Positions 55,557-64,000 of a stretch of 64,000 nt of DNA are shown here, in pieces (position 1 is the stretch's first letter; each line of letters opens with the position of its first letter). The position numbers and the translations under genes are program-made. The notes under the pieces are model-generated. The model was not told where the DNA came from. It made no database searches and worked only from the letters and a program-made list of their open reading frames with translations. The stretch is from Clostridia bacterium (GTDB lineage: Bacteria > Bacillota > Clostridia > Oscillospirales > Acutalibacteraceae): assembly GCA_017473925.1 (NCBI GenBank), contig JAFUIY010000016.1:7252-71251 (forward strand), written 5' to 3'.

Positions 55557-56000
55557 TTACTGTGAGTTTTCAATATCTGTGATAAGGTCTACCCTGCGCT
55601 GATGTCTGCCGCCTTCAAATTCAGTATTGAGGAATACATCAACAAGCTCAAGTGCTGCACCTGTACCGATAACTCTTGCACCGAGACAAAGCACATTTGC
55701 ATCATTATGAAGCCTTGTGTACTTTGCACTGAAATAGTCAGAACAGCATGCTGCACGGATTCCTTTTACCTTATTGGCTGCCATGGAAATACCTATTCCT
55801 GTTCCGCAACAGAGAATACCTCTCACACATTCACCTGAAGTGATTTTTTCACAGGTGTTTTTTGCCTGAACGGGATAATCTGCCGATGAAGCATCATATA
55901 CACCGCAATCAACATATTCAATGCCCTTTTCATCAAGATATTTTCTGATTTCTTCTTTAAGAGGAAAACCTGCATGGTCTGAACCGATAGCTATTTTCAT
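55557..56000 (-). CDS. rpiB: Ribose-5-phosphate isomerase B
   Basis: MKIAIGSDHAGFPLKEEI and CGTGIGISMAANK. Confidence 0.93.
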   Translation of the reverse strand: MKIAIGSDHAGFPLKEEIRKYLDEKGIEYVDCGVYDASSADYPVQAKNTCEKITSGECVRGILCCGTGIGISMAANKVKGIRAACCSDYFSAKYTRLHNDANVLCLGARVIGTGAALELVDVFLNTEFEGGRHQRRVDLITDIENSQ

Positions 56001-56002
56001 TA

Positions 56003-56707
56003 TTACTGCTCCTTTTTCTTTTTCAGTTCCCTTTCAGCCTGTGAAAGTCTGAGATAAGACGGTACAAGCTCATCAGGAGTTCTGATATTATCATTATTTT
56101 CAAGCCTTTCTGACGCAAGGAATGCAACAGAAGATGCTCTCTGATACTTAATAAGCGGTGATGCAACAGTGAGATCGGGTAAGCTGGCATGAAGATACTT
56201 ATATGCTATATCAGCACCGTCACCGATAAGAATTAATTTTTCATTATAACCCTTAAGAATGTCACAAAGTGCATCAAGAGTAATTGCATCATCCTCTGTA
56301 AGACGGTTCATTCTTCCGTCTGCACACCTGAACAATGCACAATAAACCTGATTGCATCTTGCATCCATAACAGAGACGGCAATGCAGTCACTGTCGGAAA
56401 GAGGGTAAGCAATCGCTTCAAGAGTTGAAACAGGTACACACTTTTTTCCTGTAGGCTGAGCAATGCCTTTTGCTGTTGCAACGCCGATTCTGACACCAGT
56501 AAATGAGCCGGGACCGTTTGAGACAGCTACTGCATCGATTTCTTCAGGAGTAAGTCCTGCACCCTCTGAAGCCTGTTTTATGAGGGGTAACAATGTAACG
56601 GAATGTGTAAGACCCACATTGAGAAAAGCCTCGGAAAGCAATTTTCCGTCTCTGACAACGGCTGCAGATGCAGATACGGCAGAGCTTTCAATACCTAAAA
56701 TTACCAT
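56003..56707 (-). CDS. tsaB: tRNA t6A37 biosynthesis protein TsaB
   Basis: ILGIESS N-terminus and GPGSFTGVRIGVATAKG. Confidence 0.9.
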   Translation of the reverse strand: MVILGIESSAVSASAAVVRDGKLLSEAFLNVGLTHSVTLLPLIKQASEGAGLTPEEIDAVAVSNGPGSFTGVRIGVATAKGIAQPTGKKCVPVSTLEAIAYPLSDSDCIAVSVMDARCNQVYCALFRCADGRMNRLTEDDAITLDALCDILKGYNEKLILIGDGADIAYKYLHASLPDLTVASPLIKYQRASSVAFLASERLENNDNIRTPDELVPSYLRLSQAERELKKKKEQ

Positions 56708-57132
56708 CTTCCGTCACCTCCGTGAACAGTAATCGTTCTATCGTTTTCATTCTCTCCCCTTGAAAAATCAACATAAATAGTGTTTTCGGGAAGAACATTG
56801 TCAATATTTTCGCTCCACTCAATAAACAGAATACTGTTTTCATTAAGATAATCGAAAAAGCCTGTTGAATAAAGCGAATCCCAGCTTTCAACACGGTACA
56901 TATCAAAATGATATACACTGAATTTACCGCCGTAATCATTTACGATCGAAAAAGTGGGACTGCTGACATGGGTTTCAATACCGAGAACATCGGCACACCC
57001 GCTGACAAAAACAGTTTTGCCCATTCCCATTCCGCCGGTAAAAGCAACGACATCTCCGCCATGAAGCTTTGAAGCAAATTCTGCGGCAAAGGAACGTGTG
57101 TCATTTTCGCATGAAGAATTATAAGTCAACAT
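56701..57132 (-). CDS. tsaE: tRNA t6A37 biosynthesis ATPase TsaE
   Basis: 143 aa, P-loop GGMGMGKT, SPTFSIVNDY and HFDMYR. Confidence 0.9.
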   Translation of the reverse strand: MLTYNSSCENDTRSFAAEFASKLHGGDVVAFTGGMGMGKTVFVSGCADVLGIETHVSSPTFSIVNDYGGKFSVYHFDMYRVESWDSLYSTGFFDYLNENSILFIEWSENIDNVLPENTIYVDFSRGENENDRTITVHGGDGRW

Positions 57133-57218
57133 AGAAATACTGCCTTTACAAATAAATACTTGAAAAAAAATACTATTACAGTTATAATAAATATATTAAT
57201 ATACAGGAAGTTCAATAT

Positions 57219-58394
57219 ATGAATAGAATTATATCACAAATAAAAAGTTTTATCAAGGAAACTGACAAAATTTTATTATTATTATCAATTATTATATCGA
57301 CCTTCGGAATTCTCCTTGTTGCGAGTGCTACAGGCTCGGGAAACGGCGAATTTTCACGAGATGCAAGGGTTATGATTATTGCTGTGGCTGCAGGTATTAT
57401 CATGGCTCTGATAATTTCTGCAATTGATTATAATTTCATAATCAAGCTGTGGCCTGTCATTGCAGGTGTATGCCTGTTACTGATGCTTCTTCTGTTTATC
57501 CCTGGTGTCGGCGTAGGACCACCCTCAAGACCTGATGTAAAAACATGGATTGCATTCGGAAGCTCGGGACTTTATTTCCAGCCGTCAGAGCTTGTAAAAA
57601 TCGGATTTATTATAACATTCTCCGTACATCTTGACTCCCTCAGAGATAATCTGAATGAGCTTAAATCGATTATACTTCTTTGTGCTCACGGTGCAACACC
57701 CGTACTGCTTGTTCTTGTCAGCGGTGACATGGGCTCAGCTCTTATTTTCATTATGATTTTCATAGTGATGATGTATGCAGCAGGACTCAAAATGAGATAT
57801 TTTGCAATAGGCGGAGGACTTGTTATTGCCGCTGTGCCTCTTGCATGGAATTTTGTTTTTTCAAGCATTCAGAAGGACCGTATTCTTGCACTCTTCAATC
57901 CAGAAGAATACCCTGATATCATTTATCAGCAGGAGCAGGGACTCAGGGCAATCAGAAACGGCGGAGTATTCGGCAAAGGTCTATTTCAGGGTGAAATTAC
58001 AAGAGCAGGTATCGTTCCCGAAAGTGAAAACGATATGATTTATTCTGTTATCGGTGAAGAATTCGGTCTTATCGGCTGTCTTCTTACTTTGGTTATTTTC
58101 ACATTACTCGTAATCAGGATTGTCAGAATCGGCAGAAACTGTCACGATGCAACTGTATCGCTTATCTGTGCAGGCTCTGCTGCAATGATTGCATCTCAGG
58201 TTATTGTCAATATAGGCATGTGTCTTGAGCTGCTTCCCGTTATCGGCATCACACTTCCCTTCCTGAGTGCCGGCGGTTCATCAAATCTGTGTATTTATAT
58301 TGCAATCGGACTGCTTCTGAGTCTTGCAAGACATACTTCGGAAAAGGAAGTTGTCAATTTCAGATTCAAGAACATAAGCACTCCTTTTGATTGA
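57219..58394 (+). CDS. FtsW/RodA/SpoVE-family (SEDS) peptidoglycan polymerase
   Basis: About 10 TM segments, QPSELVK, ESENDMIYSVIGEEFG, and GITLPFLSAGGSS. Confidence 0.9.
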   Translation: MNRIISQIKSFIKETDKILLLLSIIISTFGILLVASATGSGNGEFSRDARVMIIAVAAGIIMALIISAIDYNFIIKLWPVIAGVCLLLMLLLFIPGVGVGPPSRPDVKTWIAFGSSGLYFQPSELVKIGFIITFSVHLDSLRDNLNELKSIILLCAHGATPVLLVLVSGDMGSALIFIMIFIVMMYAAGLKMRYFAIGGGLVIAAVPLAWNFVFSSIQKDRILALFNPEEYPDIIYQQEQGLRAIRNGGVFGKGLFQGEITRAGIVPESENDMIYSVIGEEFGLIGCLLTLVIFTLLVIRIVRIGRNCHDATVSLICAGSAAMIASQVIVNIGMCLELLPVIGITLPFLSAGGSSNLCIYIAIGLLLSLARHTSEKEVVNFRFKNISTPFD

Positions 58395-58421
58395 TATATA
58401 AATGTGAAAGGAAGAGAAAAA

Positions 58422-59849
58422 ATGAAAAATCTTTATCTTGACACAAAGAGTAAAATCTACCGTGCAACATCGATTATGTTTATTGTACAGCTTTTCGGTG
58501 CTCTCGGTGCAGGTTTCTTCTTTGTAATCCAGAATCTGTTTCAGAGCTATCACATGCTCGGAGCAACAGGTGCTGAAAATGAACCTGCATTATGGTTCAT
58601 TCTTTTCTGGGCAACAGACTTTTTCTTTGTGGCACTTGCAGTTGTTGTTGCATATCTGATTGCAGGTATTCCTGCGATTGCTCCGTCACTTGCACTGTCT
58701 GTATACTTCTGCCATTTCACTGAAGCATCAGTGAGTGCAGAAAACATGTATGCATGCTTCTTTGCAACTCCCTTAAATTATTCGGAGGCTACTGCAATCG
58801 GTTACATGGGTTATCTGATTATGGCAGTATTCCTTGCACTGTCAATAAAACTTCTTTATGCAGGCTGGGACAAGGCAAAAATCAGCATCGGCAACGGACT
58901 TGACAAACTTATCGTAAAAATAAAAAATAAAATTAAAGCTATTCCTGACGACCTGAAGGGCATCACAATAATCGAAGGCGTTGACCTTATCGTTATGGTG
59001 CTTATCATTCCCGTAGCATGCTGTGCGCTGACATTCATTCTTGTAAAATACGGAATTGAGCTCCCCTTCGGTATGCTTGCTGATAAGCTTTGCACAGTGC
59101 TTACCGATGTTGCGAACACAAATGTTGTTCTTGCAGCAATTATCATGGGACTCATGGTCGGCTTTGACACAATAGGACCTGTTTCACTTGCAGCATTCTC
59201 AGTTGCAACTGCTTCATATCTCGCAACGGGCAATGCTCAGCTTATTACAATATATTCTGTATGTTTTATAACAATCGGCTGGACTGCATTTTTCGGCATT
59301 CTTAATTGCAAGATATTCAAAAAAGGCGGAAAGACCAACACTGATGATTTCAATCTTGCAACAACAGGTCCCATCAATGCATTCTTTGAAAATATCAAGC
59401 TTACAATCGCGCCCTCAATGCCGATGGCAATGAGAAGCCCGTTTACCGTTATTCCCGGTCTTATGGCAGGTTCTGCTGTCGGTGGCGTCCTTACAGCACT
59501 TTTCGGAATCGTCAACACAGCTTATACTGACGGCAGTTTTCCGAAATATGCAACGGGTAATTTTACATACGGAGCTGTTGATTACACCTACAAAGAGCTT
59601 TTTGAAGCAGGTGAAATCTACATGAGCTTTACGCTTCCTCTCCGTTCAGGCGATTTCCTTACATGCAGACTTCCTCTTTTCTTTATCATTCTTGTCAGTG
59701 CATTCATAGGCGGTCTCGTCATTATGGGACTGAAAGAAGCTGAATACAGAATTCTTTCAAAGATAGGCTGTTACTTCTATGCAGAGGGTGACATCGTCCT
59801 TGAAATGAGAGAATTCGGAAAGAAACTCCGTAAATCGCTGAAGAATTAA
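58422..59849 (+). CDS. PTS EIIC(fructose-family)-like membrane protein, stand-alone
   Basis: Polytopic. GFDTIGPVSLAAFSVATAS parallels the EIIC-Fru FDMGGPVNKAAYxFGTAS loop. No EIIA or EIIB lies adjacent. Start placed at ATG 58422 (SD AAAGGAAG). Confidence 0.55.
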   Translation: MKNLYLDTKSKIYRATSIMFIVQLFGALGAGFFFVIQNLFQSYHMLGATGAENEPALWFILFWATDFFFVALAVVVAYLIAGIPAIAPSLALSVYFCHFTEASVSAENMYACFFATPLNYSEATAIGYMGYLIMAVFLALSIKLLYAGWDKAKISIGNGLDKLIVKIKNKIKAIPDDLKGITIIEGVDLIVMVLIIPVACCALTFILVKYGIELPFGMLADKLCTVLTDVANTNVVLAAIIMGLMVGFDTIGPVSLAAFSVATASYLATGNAQLITIYSVCFITIGWTAFFGILNCKIFKKGGKTNTDDFNLATTGPINAFFENIKLTIAPSMPMAMRSPFTVIPGLMAGSAVGGVLTALFGIVNTAYTDGSFPKYATGNFTYGAVDYTYKELFEAGEIYMSFTLPLRSGDFLTCRLPLFFIILVSAFIGGLVIMGLKEAEYRILSKIGCYFYAEGDIVLEMREFGKKLRKSLKN

Positions 59850-59884
59850 TATTCTATAATCTCAAACTCTGATATAATAAAAAC

Positions 59885-59931
59885 TACCCACAGCATCCGA
59901 GTGTCCGTTCGTCTGCTGTGGGTAATTTTTT
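59885..59931. terminator. Bidirectional terminator
   Basis: 11-bp stem: TACCCACAGCA (59885-59895) with TGCTGTGGGTA (59914-59924), an 18-nt loop, then ATTTTTT. Confidence 0.7.
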
Positions 59932-60487
59932 ATTTAAGTTTCTTACCGTCTGAAAATGCTTTTCCGACTGTATTGCCGAGAGTAAGATAATTATGGTTGA
60001 CGGGGTCGTATGTTATGGGACTGAATTTTGCAAGGTCAATCTTACCGTCTGTGAGTATTCTCTCATCTGCACAGACATTGACTATTTCACCCACAAGTCT
60101 GCAGGAGTCTTCGTCATAGCTTTTCAGCCTGCATTCAAGTGCCATGGGAAGCTCCTCAAACAAAGGTGCATTCACAAGCTCACTTTTAACGGCAGTCCAG
60201 CCTGCTTTTTTTATTTTTTCAGGCTCATTGTTGCCTGAAACAATACCTACATAATCGGCTGCAACAAGATTTTCTTTATCTGCAATGCTTACGGTAAAAG
60301 CACCGCTTACAAGGATATTTTTTGTTGTCTTGTGGTCTTCGCTGACACAGATTGATATTTCATTCTCTTCACTTATTCCGCCCCATGCGGCATTCATGGC
60401 ATCGGGTGTGCCGTTTTTATCGTACGAACCGATAATCAGTACGGGCATAGGATAAAGCATTGGTTTTGAACCGAAATTTTTTCTCAT
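59930..60487 (-). CDS. Flavin reductase family protein (flavoredoxin-like)
   Basis: 185 aa. LYPMPVLIIGSYDKNGTPDAMNAAWGG is typical of the FMN-binding split barrel. Confidence 0.8.
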   Translation of the reverse strand: MRKNFGSKPMLYPMPVLIIGSYDKNGTPDAMNAAWGGISEENEISICVSEDHKTTKNILVSGAFTVSIADKENLVAADYVGIVSGNNEPEKIKKAGWTAVKSELVNAPLFEELPMALECRLKSYDEDSCRLVGEIVNVCADERILTDGKIDLAKFSPITYDPVNHNYLTLGNTVGKAFSDGKKLK

Positions 60488-60628
60488 TTCAATTTCTCCT
60501 TTGTTAAAGATTATATAAATTGTTCTGTGTGCATTATACCACAGAAAAAATAACGGTTCAACCGTGAACCTGCTATTATTTTCTTGCTTTTTTATTTATA
60601 ATGATTTATAATCAATCTGGTGATATTT

Positions 60629-61639
60629 ATGGATAACAGAGAATGGTTCAGAAATGCAGAATACGGCATGATGGCACACTGGGGGCTTTATTCACTTCTT
60701 GCAGGTGAATACAAAAACCGCAGAGTCAACGATTATGCCGAATGGATTCAGAGCTTTATGGCAATTCCCAATGCAGAATATGAACAGCTTGCAAAAAGCT
60801 TCAATCCTGTTTATTTCAATGCGGATGAATGGATAAAGCTTGCACGTGACAGCGGAATGAAGTATTTTGTGTTCACGTCAAAGCATCACGACGGCTTTGC
60901 AATGTTTCATTCAGAGGTTGACAAGTATAATGTTGTTGATGCAACACCCTTCGGAAGGGATGTTGTCGGTGAATTAGCCGAGGCATGCTACAAATACGGT
61001 CTTAAATTCGGACTTTACTATTCACAGGAGCTTGACTGGCACCATTTTCACGGCGGAGGATATGATAAATTTTCAGGTTGTTCGGGTGTTTCATGGGACA
61101 ACAGCTGGGATTTCCCCGAAAGAGATAAAAAGGATTTTTCTGTCTGCTTTGAAGAAAAAATTAAGCCTCAGGTCAGGGAAATCCTCACAAAATACGGTGA
61201 CCTGTGCCTTGTATGGTTCGATGTGCCTCACACTATCACACCTGCACAGAGTCTTGAGCTTAACAAGCTTGTAAAGGAATATCAACCCGACTGCCTTATA
61301 AATTCAAGAATCGGCAACGGTGCTTATGATTATGTTTCACTCGGTGACAACGAATACCCGACTGAAAAGCCTGCAGAGGCTGAGGATATTGACCCCAACA
61401 GCCTTGACGGCTTCAAATATTCACCCTACGGTCTTTATGAAACGGCAGGCACACTCAATTCATCATGGGGCTTCAAGTATTACGACCAGAACTGGATTTC
61501 ACCTGAAACGGTTGTTGAGCGAAGAAAAAAGCTTAACTCCATGGGTGTGAATTATCTTCTGAATGTAGGCCCTGACGGTCTGGGAAGAATACCGTCATTT
61601 TCTCAGGAAATACTCTTAAAAGCAGGAAAGGAGTTCTGA
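60629..61639 (+). CDS. Alpha-L-fucosidase, GH29, catalytic domain only, no signal peptide
   Basis: WFRNAEYGMMAHWGLYS, KYFVFTSKHHDGFAMFHS, and LVWFD. Start placed at ATG 60629 (GGTGA 5 nt upstream). Confidence 0.88.
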   Translation: MDNREWFRNAEYGMMAHWGLYSLLAGEYKNRRVNDYAEWIQSFMAIPNAEYEQLAKSFNPVYFNADEWIKLARDSGMKYFVFTSKHHDGFAMFHSEVDKYNVVDATPFGRDVVGELAEACYKYGLKFGLYYSQELDWHHFHGGGYDKFSGCSGVSWDNSWDFPERDKKDFSVCFEEKIKPQVREILTKYGDLCLVWFDVPHTITPAQSLELNKLVKEYQPDCLINSRIGNGAYDYVSLGDNEYPTEKPAEAEDIDPNSLDGFKYSPYGLYETAGTLNSSWGFKYYDQNWISPETVVERRKKLNSMGVNYLLNVGPDGLGRIPSFSQEILLKAGKEF

Positions 61640-61640
61640 T

Positions 61641-62303
61641 ATGGATATTTTTCAGGCAATGAAGGAAAGGCATTCCGTAAGACGATATACGGAAAAGCCC
61701 ATTGAACCCGAAAAAATTGAGGAAATTGAAAAAGCAATCGCTTCAATCAATGAAGAAACAGGACTGAATATTCAGCTTGTTACAGATGAGCCCGAAGCAT
61801 TCACAGGCACAATGGCTTCATACGGTCATTTTTCGGGATGCTCCAACTATATTGCAATTGTTTCCGAAAACGGCAGAAGTGAAGAAATCGGTTATTACGG
61901 TGAAGAGCTTGTCCTTCTGTGTCAGATGCTCGGTCTCAACACCTGCTGGGTAGCTCTCACATTCAGCAAGGGTAAAACAAAATACACCTGCAACAAGGGT
62001 GAAAAACTGCAGATTGTAATATCTGTAGGCTACGGTGTGCATAACGGCAGAGAGCACAAAAATAAGCCTCTTTCAGAGCTCTGCACGGTAAACGGTGAAG
62101 CACCCGATTGGTTCGGCAATGCAATGGAAGCTGTTCTTCTTGCTCCTACGGCAATGAATCAGCAGAAATTCCATTTTACATTGATAAATGACAAACAGGT
62201 AAAAGCAAAGGCACTCTTCGGGCCTTACTCAAAAATGGATTTAGGCATTGCAAAATACCATTTTGAGCTTGGTGCCGACGGTCACGAATTTGAATGGATC
62301 TGA
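61641..62303 (+). CDS. Nitroreductase family protein
   Basis: MKERHSVRRYTEKPIE N-terminus. Begins 1 nt after the fucosidase stop. Confidence 0.85.
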   Translation: MDIFQAMKERHSVRRYTEKPIEPEKIEEIEKAIASINEETGLNIQLVTDEPEAFTGTMASYGHFSGCSNYIAIVSENGRSEEIGYYGEELVLLCQMLGLNTCWVALTFSKGKTKYTCNKGEKLQIVISVGYGVHNGREHKNKPLSELCTVNGEAPDWFGNAMEAVLLAPTAMNQQKFHFTLINDKQVKAKALFGPYSKMDLGIAKYHFELGADGHEFEWI

Positions 62304-62314
62304 GGTAAAGTGTT

Positions 62315-64000
62315 ATGGCAAAAATTATGGCATTTCTTACGGCACTCATTACATGGTTTACGATGATTTTCTCCCCTGCGGCACCCGTTGAGGGGGTATT
62401 TACTCAGCAGCCTGATGTGGCAGAAAAAGTTGTATTTGATGAAGGTGAATTTATTATGGGCAGATATGATATTGTTGTTGCTCCTTACGGTAACGACAGG
62501 AATGCAGGTACACCTGATGCTCCCGTTGCTACACTTGAAAGAGCAAAGGAGCTTGTAAAAACAATTGACTCAGACGAAAAAATTACCGTATGGTTCAGAG
62601 AAGGTACATATTTCATTGAAGATACTGTGAATTTCACAGCTGAAGATAAGGCAGATGTCCTTTACCGTTCATATCCCGATGAAAAGGTTGAATTCTCAGG
62701 CTCAAAGGCATATTCAGACTGGACTGAAACCACAATCAACGGTGTGAACGCTTTTGTCACGGATGTTGAAATAAACTCAGAGGACGATTATTTCCGTTCA
62801 CTTTTTAAGGGCAATAAACGCCTTTCCCGTTCAAACTACCCCAAGGAAGGCACCTTCAAGATTGCTGACCCCAAGGAAGATGAAGCAGTTGCAAATTCAT
62901 GGGATCCTCACTTTTTCACTCATTTTCTTGCTTTCTATGCAAATACAGATGAAATAATGGATTTTGCAAATCCCACAGATGTTGACATCAGAATTATGCA
63001 TTACTGGTGTGACGAGCATCTTCCCGTGCATTCAGTTGATGCTGCAACAGGTAGAATTGAAACAATCAAGCCCTCTGCAATGAAAGTAAGAATTGATGAT
63101 AATTTTATTTATGAAAATGTAAAAGAGGCTCTTTGTCTCCCCGGTGAATGGTATCTTGACAGAACAGAAGAAAAGCTCTACTACATCCCCGAGGAGGGTG
63201 ACACTGCCGACAATACCACGCTTTATGCAGGTATTACAAAACAGCTTTTCACCTTTGATAATGCCCGGAATATTGCATTTCAAGGAATTGATTTTGTAAA
63301 TACTGACTGGGGATATGTAGACGGAAATCATTGGGGACAGATTTATAAAGAGTCACATCATCTGTATGAGAATATCAGGTACGGAATTGAGCATCCTCAG
63401 GCTGCATTTGAAGTTCCTGCCGCAATTCTCATTTCAGCATCAGAGGGAATAGACTTCACAGACTGTCTTTTTGAAAACATTTCTTACACAGCAGTGAAGT
63501 TTGAAAAGGCATCAAAGAATTGTAACATCACAAGCTGTAAGTTCAATGAAATCGGTGCAAATGCAATATTCATCCACGGTGATTTTGTTGTTCCCGCATC
63601 AACGGAGAATATCAATGTAAAAGACTGTCACATCAGCTACTACGGAAGAATTTACAATAATGCTATCGGTATTCTTCTCACCCATGCAATCGACTGTGAG
63701 CTTTCAAACAATGAAATTCACGACGGCTTGTACACGGGTATTTCAGTCGGCTGGAGCTGGGGTTATGCTGCCAACTCAACAAACAACATTCAGGTAAAAG
63801 ACAACCTTATTTACAACATCGGTAACGGCTGGCTTTCGGATATGGGCGGTATCTACACACTCGGCATTCAGCCCGATACTGTCCTTTCAGGCAACGTCAT
63901 CTACAACGTAGGCTGTGATGAAGGTGCTTACGGTTACGGCGGTTGGGGTGTTTACCTCGACGAAGGTTCAAGCGGCATCACAGTGGAAAACAACCTTGTT
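62315..64000 (+). CDS. Right-handed parallel beta-helix repeat protein with N-terminal signal/anchor (partial, continues past the right edge)
   Basis: Own translation from ATG 62315 (GAGG, 9-nt spacing): MAKIMAFLTALITWFTMIFSPAAPVEG... The frame is open to base 64000. Repeated beta-helix turns (NCNITSCKFNEIGANAIFIHG, CELSNNEIHDG, VKDNLIYNIGNG, GITVENNLV). Confidence 0.75.
   Translation, partial: MAKIMAFLTALITWFTMIFSPAAPVEGVFTQQPDVAEKVVFDEGEFIMGRYDIVVAPYGNDRNAGTPDAPVATLERAKELVKTIDSDEKITVWFREGTYFIEDTVNFTAEDKADVLYRSYPDEKVEFSGSKAYSDWTETTINGVNAFVTDVEINSEDDYFRSLFKGNKRLSRSNYPKEGTFKIADPKEDEAVANSWDPHFFTHFLAFYANTDEIMDFANPTDVDIRIMHYWCDEHLPVHSVDAATGRIETIKPSAMKVRIDDNFIYENVKEALCLPGEWYLDRTEEKLYYIPEEGDTADNTTLYAGITKQLFTFDNARNIAFQGIDFVNTDWGYVDGNHWGQIYKESHHLYENIRYGIEHPQAAFEVPAAILISASEGIDFTDCLFENISYTAVKFEKASKNCNITSCKFNEIGANAIFIHGDFVVPASTENINVKDCHISYYGRIYNNAIGILLTHAIDCELSNNEIHDGLYTGISVGWSWGYAANSTNNIQVKDNLIYNIGNGWLSDMGGIYTLGIQPDTVLSGNVIYNVGCDEGAYGYGGWGVYLDEGSSGITVENNLV

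Noticed and set aside
60500-60570. Small hairpins (TCTGTG...CACAGA and GGTTCA-ACCG-TGAACC) upstream of the fucosidase promoter as a regulatory RNA
   Set aside because: The stems are short (6 bp) and lie upstream of the likely TTGCTT-17-TATAAT promoter, with no conserved motif I recognise. They are equally explained as an operator or as chance.
1-64000. Search for CRISPR arrays, IS elements/transposases, integrases, tRNA/rRNA genes, restriction-modification or other defence islands, and long direct or inverted repeats
   Set aside because: None was detected by eye. Every ORF longer than 150 aa is accounted for by housekeeping, sporulation, glycan-utilisation or single hypothetical genes. I therefore do not claim a novel defence or mobile system in this window.

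Overview
This is a low-GC Firmicutes/Clostridia chromosomal segment. A dockerin-bearing protein hints at Oscillospiraceae/Ruminococcaceae, but that is inference only. The window is densely packed and consists almost entirely of core housekeeping and sporulation genes.

Gene order, left to right:
- A partial GPH sugar symporter, an Asn-rich micro-ORF, then SRP RNA-dnaX-ybaB-recR (the classic Firmicute arrangement).
- An FGGY kinase, a hypothetical protein, a cytidylate-kinase-like protein and tyrS.
- A long minus-strand block syntenic with Bacillus subtilis: spoIIIAA-AH, nusB, a TsaD/Kae1 paralogue, xseA, xseB, ispA, dxs, tlyA, nadK, argR, recN.
- An HTH regulator, paaK plus an ACT protein, a PAP2 phosphatase and a GH5 hydrolase.
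- fhs, fused directly to a complete hisZGDCBHAF(IE) operon.
- A self-contained sialidase/amidohydrolase/membrane-protein unit.
- spoIVB, prmA, yhaM, gtrA, pdaA, nadA and mnmA.
- A dockerin plus class-A-beta-lactamase-like protein and a GH95-like hydrolase.
- pgsA-rimO-recX-recA, rpmB, and rpiB-tsaB-tsaE.
- A SEDS (RodA/FtsW) protein, an orphan EIIC-like permease and a flavin reductase.
- A GH29 fucosidase / nitroreductase / beta-helix protein unit that runs off the right edge.

I saw no rRNA, tRNA, CRISPR array, transposase, integrase or recognisable defence island. I do not find a convincing novel multi-gene system.

The observations most worth a second look are:
1. spoIIIAE is interrupted by one in-frame TGA, and the C-terminal part continues in the same frame.
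2. A dockerin-tagged class-A beta-lactamase fold has Cys in place of the nucleophilic Ser.
3. A signal-peptide-less BNR sialidase is translationally coupled to an amidohydrolase-fold enzyme, with its own promoter and a terminator hairpin that contains the next gene's SD.
4. A 47-codon ORF is more than 50% Asn.
5. The SRP RNA is a short single hairpin, although the genome carries sporulation genes.

All calls rest on reading the ORF-track translations and on my own by-eye translation and motif recognition. No searches were run.
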